A stretch of 64,000 nt of DNA from Takakia lepidozioides. Its lineage: Eukaryota; Plantae; Bryophyta. Location of the stretch: NCBI GenBank assembly GCA_030704615.1, contig CM060734.1, forward strand, positions 38,130,001-38,194,000, read 5' to 3'. A program made the translations under genes and the position numbers. Shown here one piece after another: positions 41,929 through 52,168 of this stretch (within the stretch, counting starts at the first letter, position 1; every line of letters begins with the position of its first letter). Under the pieces are notes generated by a model. It saw only the letters and a program-made list of their open reading frames with translations. It was not told the origin of the DNA and ran no database searches.

Positions 41929-42061
41929 AATTTTAATTAACTCTCTGTACATTTACATTCTCTTCCAGAGTATATAAAGGAAATTCTCCCCGTCCTTGAT
42001 GTCCCCTCTCCCATGTGCTTCTAAAGGACACCATCTTCCAAATCACGTCCTTCCCAAAACC

Positions 42062-42673
42062 GGAAATGCGGCACCGCATTTCCATAACCGGGGCAAGAAC
42101 AATTTTTCCGTTTCCTGGTTTGGACATCAGAAACTGTTCGGCCGAACGGAAATGCGGTGCCGCATTTCCGTTTTCGACATGGAAGTTCTGCCGATTGCCA
42201 CCTCCTTCCATGGAGGTAAATGGAAATGCGACACCGCATTCGGAGGTCGAACAAGTTATTTACATGGCTGACATGGAAATGCGGTGCCGCATTTCCATTT
42301 TGGAGATGGATGTTTTTCCAATTCCAGACCCTTCGACGGAAATGCAGCACCGCATTGTCCAATAAGAAATTTCGATGACGGACATGGAAATGCGGTGCCG
42401 CATTCCATTGTCGAATACGAAATTTTGATTACGGACAGGGAAATGCGGTACCGCATTTCCAGAACGGACACGGACACGCATTGGCGATTGGACATGCGTG
42501 GACAAATCAAGGTCCAATATGGAAATGCGGTGCAGCATTAGGATTTCGAAGTATGGAAATGCCATGTCAAGATATGAAATGCGGTACCGCATTTCCGTTA
42601 CGACCACAACAGAGGAAAGGGAGCTGCCAGAAATCGCTGCTTGGAGAAAAATGAAATGCGGTGCCGCATTTTC
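42062..42673. repeat. Array of ~10 palindromes GGAAATGCGG(T/C)(G/A)CCGCATTTCC with variable spacers
   Basis: Copies at ~42062, 42148, 42222, 42275, 42338, 42386, 42439, 42521, 42576, 42653. Single copies lie in introns at ~39637 and ~40750. Confidence 0.9.
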
Positions 42674-42948
42674 GACCTTGGGCATGGAGATGTTTCCTTT
42701 TACTCATACATGGATTTCCTTCACCGCAGGACTCTGATATCGCTGACTCTGATATATTCATGTGGACAGACACATTGTAGAAATGAGACCACAAATTGTA
42801 AACAGTGGGCCAATTACTGCAGTTCTTGAATACAATGAAACACAGCACACAAAAGTGAGGGACGATGAGTTGTTTTATTGATCGAACACAGTGTCTCACA
42901 ATTAGCAACTCCAGACAAATCTAAGCCCTTCTACCTTCTGCATGGGCG

Positions 42949-43848
42949 TCACCAAGTCGACGGAACTTCGATAGCACTCAAAACAAGCTCATTACTGATG
43001 CGACACCTCCAAGTAAACTGCAATGTGGTCGTTCTGGTGCCCTTGGTGGAGCTGACGACAATGTCATACCCATCAATGATACCACCATCATACATTGACA
43101 AGGTAACTGTGGGCCTCATGTGCCCGTGCGATTCGTCTTTGCAACTCAGCCGAATGTCTCCATACACTGGAAGAGCGGAGTGAACTCCACGAATATAGTT
43201 TTCCCCAGTGCCGTCCTCCCTGGTCCACTGGCAGCAGTTCCAGCGCCAAAGCAAGGCCGTGCGTGATCTGTCCGGCATCCTATTCCAGCTCGGTATATCG
43301 AGGTCAACAATTTGCAGCACCCACGGACCGCATTGACCCTCGCCCTCACCTTGCTCAAAGTGGTAATAACCCTCCAAATATTCCATTGTGCGCAAAGACT
43401 CCCGCTTGATTCCAGAAGCGTCAGTGAAAACAGAGAGCCACACAATGATGTCTCCTGATTCTGGTTTGAACATCGCATAATCGTGGCCATGATAAGGGCA
43501 ATCAGCAGGATTGCGGCGGCATGACATCCTTGCAAAAGATTAGCGGAGTATGCTCAATGACAGCAACTCGCGGATAGAGGAGGCAGCAGCGCGGTGGCTG
43601 GAAGAAGTTCAAGGACATGACAATGTGTTGCAAACGTTGCAATTCCTCACTAACACTCCAGGGCACATTTCAATTTCCCCCCAACAGGAACCTGCACGGA
43701 TGAAGATTGGTTGCTCCATGAATGTAACCGTTTCAGTTTCCTTCCGTGCCATGCAAACTATGGGCAGTAAGTGCCAGGTGGGCCTATAGCCACTCGAGAC
43801 AACGAAGTCCATCCCCCCTTCGATGTAAATGCGGCGCTGAATTTCCAT
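42949..43848 (-). pseudogene. Unknown protein, paralog B (interrupted)
   Basis: ORF 42949-43527 aligns over ~190 aa with ORF 43947-44663 (DYAM..SGDI..W, GPW.L.I.D.D.PS, RTA.L.RWNCCQWT, P.YGDI, DGG.I.G.DIVV, QFTWR..ELV..A.EVP.T). Confidence 0.65.
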
Positions 43849-43946
43849 CCGGGGGATGGACTTCGGTGGCAGATTTCAAACTATACCCTGTGGATGAGAA
43901 AGAGGTATAGGTTCATCCACCGCTGGCGTGATGAACACGTTACACG

Positions 43947-44663
43947 ATGATTGGTGGGTACATGGGACCGAGATGCTCCATTATTGGAGCCCGCACTGCT
44001 CTTCCGCTTCTCATTATTTCGAAAATCAAAGAGCTTCCTTGCTGTCCCAAGGTCATTGTCATCGACATCAAAGACGTCCTAAGGTCCTCCTTTGCAAGGA
44101 TGCCGTGCTTCCGGAACCGGGCTGACTACCCTTATGGAGGCTTTGATTATGCAATGTATTCGGCCACATCGGGAGACATCGTTATCTGGCACACAGTTTA
44201 CACAGAAGATAGTGGTTCGAATGTGGAAACATTGTCCGCTTTTGAGTATATCCCAGGCCACTACGCCTTCGAGCGGGGTGACGATCTTGGTCTAAGGAGT
44301 CCGTGGCTCCTGTGCATCCTTGATTCCGATTTTCCTAGCTACGACGGGCACCCATGCAGAAGAATGCGCACTGCTATGTTGTTGCGGTGGAACTGCTGCC
44401 AGTGGACGTGGGTGGACTCCATTGGAGAGACGTATACTCCTGAAGGAGTTCGCTCCTCTTCTCCATTGTATGGGGACATTTGCATTGGTGTGGACGACGA
44501 AAACGTGAAGCTTTCCATATTCGATGGTGGTATGATTGAAGGGCATGACATTGTGGTGAACATCAACAGGGGCGGTACAACGGCTGCAATCCAGTTTACC
44601 TGGAGGAGCCCGATGACTCATGAGCTAGTTTTCAGAGCAGTCGAAGTCCCATTGACAACGTGA
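43947..44663 (+). CDS. Unknown intronless protein (~238 aa), paralog A
   Basis: Open ORF with a clear diverged paralog in inverted orientation next to it. No family recognised, and the start codon is uncertain. Confidence 0.6.
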   Translation: MIGGYMGPRCSIIGARTALPLLIISKIKELPCCPKVIVIDIKDVLRSSFARMPCFRNRADYPYGGFDYAMYSATSGDIVIWHTVYTEDSGSNVETLSAFEYIPGHYAFERGDDLGLRSPWLLCILDSDFPSYDGHPCRRMRTAMLLRWNCCQWTWVDSIGETYTPEGVRSSSPLYGDICIGVDDENVKLSIFDGGMIEGHDIVVNINRGGTTAAIQFTWRSPMTHELVFRAVEVPLTT

Positions 44664-45128
44664 CTTGTATTCAGAAGGCACAGGGCTATAGATTTGTTTG
44701 CACCATCAGTACAGTAGACGTGCTTCAAATGCAATTCATGTGGATCAATAAAAACCCCCTTGTGCCCTCTTTTTTGTTCTATTTTGTATCCATCGTTCCC
44801 AGAATGCATCATTCCTCATTTCGTTTAGGATTGGGAGTGGGGGTGGATTTCGCAAGTGGTTGGTAGGTTGAAATGGCCCCCCATTGTATAGAGCAGTATA
44901 GCAGCCCCCCTTTAATCTGTACCCACCTTCGGTTGACGGAGGTGACAGTGTAGCCGTAATGACAGGTAGAATATAAATTATTTGAGTCCATTTATATTTA
45001 ATTTCAGTCTATTGATTCTACACTATAGTACATAATGTCGATAGACTAATCATATTGTCTATATAATTGTTGTAATGTGTTATACGACTATTCCAATGTA
45101 AAATCTTTAGACTACAATATACATGTAT

Positions 45129-45132
<4 letters not shown>

Positions 45133-45198
<66 letters not shown>
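45133..45198. repeat. (TA)n microsatellite
   Basis: ~33 TA units. Confidence 0.98.
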
Positions 45199-45203
<5 letters not shown>

Positions 45204-45936
45204 CACGACGTAGATACGGATTAAGTCTACGAATGTCTGTAATCGTGTGTAGTCATTTGCATACATAGTTTTAAATGCTATTCATCTTTGCTTTGGCCTT
45301 TAAGCCACCTTCGTTTTAGGGAGGTACCCTAGATTTGGAGGTGCGCAGGGAGCTGTGTGGCCCTAATGTCAGTACTACATAATGTTAAAATATTATGTGA
45401 TATGCAGTGACAGTTTAATATCTACGAAATATGTGATATTTAATCTATATTCTATGTACTGCTAGATGGATTAGTCATGACTAGATGATTATGACGAGTA
45501 ACGTGTATACTTGTGTTGTATTAGTGATGATTAATGATCCATAACTGATCCATCATATATATGCTATGTTATGATATCTGTATGTATCTCTCTGACTATG
45601 CAGATAGAAATCATATGATATGGTAATCAGATATATAAATTTTATTTAAATCTACACACTGTACACTAGTCTGCCGGCGATCAGCATCCGTCCTAGCAGC
45701 AGATATTTGCTATATTCTTTAACCTTCGTTTGACGTAGTGGGCAGTGGATGGGCTCGATTGACTGCATGGACCTCTGTATACCAACTTTTACAATGATGT
45801 ACATATTATAAGAGGAGCGTACACGCAGATTAACCTCGTATTGTCGTTGTCTCGGGTATCTTCTTGAGGTTCATGGAATTGATCATCTACCTTTGTCGCC
45901 GAGGCTTGGACGACTGTTGACAACGACATAATTACT

Positions 45937-46803
45937 ATGTACACAGCCGACCAGTCTGGGAATATCACCCCTGTTTGTGCATCTCTATGCCCCTGGTATC
46001 TGGACTACCCTGCCAAGGAAGGTCCGGTTGGTGAGAGACAGAAGATTGCTGCAGAGGAGGCCAAGGTTGGTAAGGACAATCCGACTGGGGCGTCCGATAC
46101 TGAGAATACCCAGCGACAACAACGACGTCGAGAGGCCCTCAACACCGCAACTGCTTTGGAAGATGAAAAGATTGCAGCTTTGGAAGCTGAAAAAGCAAAA
46201 AACAAACGGAGATAGTACATCACAGTGGGCAAGAGGAACAAGGGAGACAAAGAACAAACTGCATCTGATCATGGAGAGTCGAAACTTGCAGGAAGTGCAA
46301 ATGACGGAACCTAGAACAAGAAGAAGAGAAGACATAGTAAAACTAAAAGTGACGACATGGTCTGGGCAGCCAGGTACATTGGTTCTTCTTCTGCTGCCCC
46401 GGATTCCAAGGTTTTGTGTTTGCAGGGGGATGTAAAAACATTGGCAACCCTCATTAAATCCGAGAAGATGGAAAAGAAGTCCTTGTTGTATTCAAACTCC
46501 AAGTTCCTTGGTGATGTCGAATGTGAGAATACTGGGACACGTAACCTTGAAACTGCGGACATGGTGTTCTGCGAGCTTCCGGACGGTCACAGTGTCGAGC
46601 CTGTTGATCCGTCATTGACCCCCTACGATGATGATGTCCCAGAGTGGAATGAGTATTCTCATGAGAACATGCTTCACGCATTTGAGATAGCGTACCAACT
46701 CATGGATGATAATGGTTGCTTCATTGTTGTGGCGCCAAGTGATTTGCGGACGTCGATATATAGGCACATGAGGAAGAAGCAGATGAGACTGTTCAGGACG
46801 TGG
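45937..46803 (+). pseudogene. 5' half of N4/N6 DNA-methyltransferase-like gene 1, cut by the CACTA
   Basis: ADMVFCELPDG...PEWNEYSHENMLHAFEIAYQLMDDNGCFIVV...RLFRTW is homologous to gene 2. It ends exactly at TGG|CACTA. Confidence 0.72.
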
Positions 46804-49800
46804 CACTAGAAGCATTCGTGTCTTTTCCGAATCGACTGCATGTCCAAAACCACTGAGGGAACAACTTTGAGATGTTTGTTACTACTGCACAGTCGTAACG
46901 GATAAATTCGCATTTCTAATGGCGGATAGAAGTTGCATCAACGACTCCGCAGTTGGCGCAATATTCGCGTCGATTTAATTCAATTACGTAAATTGCTTTA
47001 AAAAAAAAAAAAAAAAAAACAGCAATTACAAGTGGTTTTAAGCACTAGAGAACGACTCTTAACAACTAGGCATTCATTGCACACCCTATTTAAAAATGGA
47101 ATTTTTATAAGTGCTCCACATAGCTCATGACGTGGAATATTTTAATGTATTTTAGGGCTTGTGTGGCTCGTAGAGATTGTTCTAATCGTCGGATGTAAAA
47201 TGATCTAAGGGTGGAAGAGTAACTTTGTCCTTTGCCTGAATTTGTCTAAGTGTTGGGAGAGGGATGGAGGCTTGAGAGAGAGACGAGCAAGTGATGCGAG
47301 AAGTATGGAGACCAAATCGAGGCCCATGTCTTGTTGTTGCAAGCGTTTATGGCGTCAAGGGCGCATTATGTGCAAATATGGGCTCTTGGCTTCCCTTTGT
47401 ACCATGATTTGGTATTCTTCCTGATGATCACAAGGTTCTTGGGGGAATCAGCTTGGTCTTAGCAGCCCATATTTTAATCTCTGCCCGCTCAGCTGCACCG
47501 TGGTGGTTCTTACAAACCAATCTCACATTACCTGACTACAGTTTCAAGCAGCACGCACAAGAGGTCTTCTTGGGTTCATGGTCAGTCTAATCCGCAATGG
47601 GTCATGACACAAGGTAGAGGACAATGTGGTGAGGGCAACGTCTTCTTCGAGCTATTTCAGCCTGTTTTGCCGAGATGTAGTGTCGTGGAGTGCGATGCTT
47701 GCAGGGTATGCACAGCAGGGACGTGGGATGGAGGCTTTGGAGACCTATGAAGTTGCGAAGGAGAGTTTGATAACATGGCTGAACGAGATGTTGTCTCAAG
47801 GAACACGCTGAATCTCGCAAGATATGGCTAGCATGTGTGCGGGATGAGGGCATTGGAGACATATGAGCAAATGTTGCGAGAAGGGGTGCAGCCTGACTGG
47901 GTCACGTTCATTTGTGTTTGCAATGCATGTGCAAACCTGGCAGCCCTGGAGACTTGGTAAAGGGCAAAGAGGTCCATCGTGACATCGTCAAAGCTGGAAC
48001 TGTACCAGATGTAACAATACCTCGTCGACATGTATGCCAAATGTGGGAGCATTCCCTTGTGGACAAGGAGTGTTCAACAATATGGCTGAGTGAAATGTGG
48101 TGTGGTGGAACGTGATGATCACAGGACATGCACAACATGGGCGGGGATTGCGGGTTTTGGAGACCTATGAGCAAATGATGTGGGTCTAGGGGGTGAAGTT
48201 GAGCACATTACGTTTGTTTGTGTTTGTAGTGCATGTACGAGCCTGTTAGAGAAGGGCAAAGAGGTCCATGGTTGCATCGTCAAAGATGAAATTGTGGTAG
48301 ATGTCATTCTGAACATGAATACCCTTCTGGATAGGGAGTGTTCAACAATATGGCTGAGCAAAATGTGGTGTCGTGGAAAGTGATGATCGCAAGACATGCA
48401 CAACAGGGGCGGGGATTGCAGGTTTTGGAGACCTATGAGCAGTTGATGTGGGAGGGGGTGAAGTCCGACCACATTACGTTCAGAGAGTTCAAATGCCTCT
48501 CCACCATGACCTTGCTTAGCTAACCATGCCTTGCTGATGTTGTTGTCTTGCACTTGAGTTGTTTTTGGACACTGGCTGGAACATCCACAAGGCGGCTCTG
48601 CTCGAGAGAGAAATCAGCTTGAATGCATGGGCAGATTTTGAGATCACAATCACCACTCAGAACGCTGTTCTTTGCACCGGCATGGCATGTCAGCATGCAT
48701 ATCAGCCCAAACTCATTACTCCATGAGCCTTCCACTGCCGGAGTGTGCCCATTCAAGCCAGATCTTCGAAACGCAGGGATGGAACGGGGTTTTGAAACCA
48801 GCATTGCCCAACTGGATACCCAATTCAGCTCCACATCTTGGTCCATTAATCTGCTGCACATTGTGAAGTTTGCTGCCCGTTCACCGCAAGTTGAAGAAGG
48901 AGTATTCTTAAAACACGGGTACTCATAATCTGAAAATGGCTCCAGCTTATGTTGCTTGAGTGCGAATATGAGTGTGGTTGGCTTGGCAGCTTTACATCTG
49001 GTCCATCCCACTCGATATGATGAGCAGGTTCAGCTTGACTTCTCTCACACAAAAGACGCTGCCAAGATGGGGTTTGCTGCCCTACTGTCGTTGTTCTGGG
49101 CTGCAACATACAATTAATCTGGCCCATGGCGAGGGGCCTTGCCTTCCACCAATCATCTGTAAGTCCTGTGAAACTGTTTTTGTGGCAATTTGTAAGCAGT
49201 GGGTAGCGATGTGGGCTGTTGTAGGATTTGATGAACTCAATGCCGTGTACTGACAGCAACCCCTCATCTCTTATGCAAACATTCAACAAGCCAAGTTGAC
49301 TGCAGAGCATATTCAGCCCCCCACGTTTCTAGTTGCCTAATGTTCTTCATCTCCTAGGCAGAGCATTTCCAAGGTCTCCATCTGTGATGACACACTATCT
49401 TCTCATGTGGGTTCAGCTTCTGGTCTTGCTCTTGTTTTGCACCACCCCAATGAAGGGCAGTTCCCACCTGCTTGATTCTCTCCATATGTTTGTCTTGGCA
49501 GGGTTTCCACAACCGCCTTTCCTTTTCAGACTGCCAATCATCAGCCTCGTTCTCCAATGCTTCACTTTCTTCCCAAGTGAAGTGCTCTCCTCTTTTATGC
49601 TTCAACGTCCCTGCAGGTGTCTTTTCCTTCATCTCCCGTGGTGCTTTCGAATGAATGAGCACTGATTTGCATGTGTTGGCAACACTTACGGTGTCCCTTT
49701 CCTTGCATGCCACTGCAGGCCCGTCATTGACTTTCTTGGCAGGGAAGTCTCCTCCTTCTCCCTCATTTTCAGCTCTGTTGGTGCCCACTCACCATGCTAT

Positions 49801-49874
49801 CAGGGCTGCATTATTTCGTGTGTGCGCCAACCAAGGGCGATCTTTCACTGGTCCGATTGTTGGCAGCAACTGAT
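46804..49874. mobile_element. CACTA element, part 2 (other terminus plus captured gene fragments)
   Basis: The identical 19-bp TIR CACTAGAAGCATTCGTGTC at 46804 follows TGG. Contains PPR fragments. Confidence 0.75.
47626..48500 (+). pseudogene. PLS-class pentatricopeptide repeat gene fragments (captured)
   Basis: RDVVSWSAMLAGYAQQGRGMEALETYE, REGVQPDWVTFICVCNAC, GKEVH..IVK, DMYAKCG. Frameshifted. Confidence 0.85.
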
Positions 49875-51150
49875 TGGAGTCTTCTTGTACAGCAACTCTA
49901 TTGTGTTTACACACAAGTTTTTCAGAGCCGAAGCAAAACAGGTTCCAGTAGACATATCGTTGAATAGGCTTGCATCGAACGTGTTACCCTCATTTATTGC
50001 CTGGGTTATTTTCCCAATTGTAAAGGTCTCTGATGGCACGGTTAGAGGGGGCCTACGAGGTATGTCATCTGACTGGTTGTTGGCAATATTATGAATAATT
50101 GCAATTTCAGGTGTAATCCACCATCTATGTGCGAGAGTCTTTATCATCTTGTCTCTGCTCTCGAAAATGTACAACGTGGTTTTTGGGTCATCCGTCGTGG
50201 AGGCATCCCCCAATCGCATACCCCAATTACACCTCTTCAGACCTTTGTGAAAATGCAATGCAACAGATGTTGTCAGGGGACATGTCGTTGTGCAAAGGTG
50301 TGATTATGGATGGACATTGAGCATGATGTACAAAAACGCCCATGCCAATTGGGTGCGATTCTATTGGAATTGAACCAGTCGGTTGACCTCCTGTATTTCC
50401 TGATCCGTCCTTCGTCGTTCCATTAACTCCATGTTATCCCGATCATTCCCCCATTTCCTGTCGATACTCAACCATGATCGTATTTCCCCCCCCATCCACA
50501 ATGTGTTTAATACCTTATTTCGACGTGGATTCAACGCAAAATACTTTATGATAACCGAAATGATGGAACTTTACAACCAACGCCTCATTGTTATGTTGGA
50601 CTTTGGTAAGCTTGACATTTGTTTCCCTGGGCGTTTTCTCTGCTATCTCCTAGGATGGAGGAATGAATTAATCCCCAACCCGTCTAACCCTCCGAATTAT
50701 ACCATACCCTCCACGTTTGGGCGTGTCGAGTTGTTGTACTTGTGCGTTTGTGGATATGTATCTCACGTTCAATGCCACATCCGCGGACGAGGACCCTGCC
50801 TTCCATGGGAGTGATTTTGTACGTCGTTTGGCGTGGGCTTTTGCCATGTCAGATCACCAATCCACAAACAACTCTCCTCCGAAGTTGGCATGCAACCTTC
50901 AGCTACATGTGTTCTCGTAACAAACTTGTCCATGGTTTGCCTCAGATTCTATGTAGCATCATGGGCCCGGTCTTCCATCCATTTCGTGAACTGGAAGTTT
51001 ACCCTGTCCTCCTCTTATTCATCCCCGGCCAAAGCCTCCCTCATTCTCATCTCTATATTGTGCTGGAATCTAAGGAAACCCTCATTCCTATGTGGGACAT
51101 ACAAAAGATTTAAACGCATTATGTCATTGTCCTTCAAATAATCCAGCACT
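49875..51150 (-). pseudogene. Protein-kinase-like gene, 5' part, degenerate
   Basis: Manual - strand translation gives RGGYGIIRRVR (~50715-50683, Gly loop), LAWAFLYIM, LHNDMSPDNI (50295-50266, catalytic loop), CNWGM (DFG/DWG position) and RWWITPE (APE position). Frameshifts and stops are present. Confidence 0.68.
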
Positions 51151-51669
51151 ACTTACTTCACCACCTTCACTGCCTCTGCACTTGGATAGTTTTTTTGTTG
51201 ACCTGACTCTCTCGTTCATGTGCATGTTTACGCTTCCTACCTATACGCCCATTTCCCGAGGAACCCCCTGATACTGCGTTCGAAGCAATGTTTCCGGACA
51301 TGATGAAAGTACTCTGCGGAATAGATGCGGCTTCGTATCGGAAACTACACCCAGACTATTTGATAACCTTATATACTAGCGAAACAATTTCCTCACCCTC
51401 TATTGGTATAGAACCCAAAGCAAACTATCTCCCGCAGTCCCAGGGAAAAAAAAGCAAAAACTCCTCTCCCACACAAATCCACTTCCCCCCCCCCCCCCCC
51501 CACGGCTCAGTCCTGGCCACCAGAGTTGAAACTCCAATAAGCCCCAAAACCGCACTCACAGAGAGGGAAAAAAGTGGGTTGGGAATGGGGGGTAGGCCCT
51601 TATATACTACCTGGAGAGGCCTGCTTTGAGCGGCACGCGACCGCCTTTGTTGCCCATTCGTGCCTCGCC

Positions 51670-52168
51670 ACGTGACCAGGTAGTGGTCGCACCTATGGGT
51701 GTCCGCAGCTAATAACAAAACAAAAAATCTACCGCGACCCCCCCTTGCTAGTGGTTGCACTCTTAAAAAACAAAACGAAAATGTGCGACCCCCCCTAAGC
51801 GGTCGCACCTAATAACAAAAAAGAAAAATTCTACGACCACCACCGGCTGGTGGTCGCACCCATTTAAGACATAATTAAAAATGTGCGACCACCCCCTGCT
51901 GGTGGTCGCACCTATTTTGAAAAAATGAAAATGCTACAACCACCACCTGCTGGTGGTCGCACCCAATTTAAAAATAAATAAAAATGTGTGACCACCCTCT
52001 GCTTGTGGTCGCACCTATTAAAAAAAAATGAAAATGCTGCGACCACTACATGTTGGTGGTCACACCCATTTAAAAAATAACTAAAAATGTGCAACCACCC
52101 CCTTCTGGTGGTCGCACCTATTTAAAGAGAAGAAAATTGTGCAACCAACTGTTGCTGACGGTCGCATA
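51670..52168 (-). repeat. Right-arm array of ~10 GCGACCACC...GGTGGTCGC palindromes, A-rich spacers, ~51-bp period
   Basis: Units at ~51672, 51734, 51785, 51834, 51885, 51937, 51987, 52039, 52091, 52141. Confidence 0.9.

Noticed and set aside
41933-42908. Multiple overlapping ORFs (EMRCRIS/GNAAPHF repeats)
   Set aside because: These are translations of the palindrome array on both strands, with no coding evidence.
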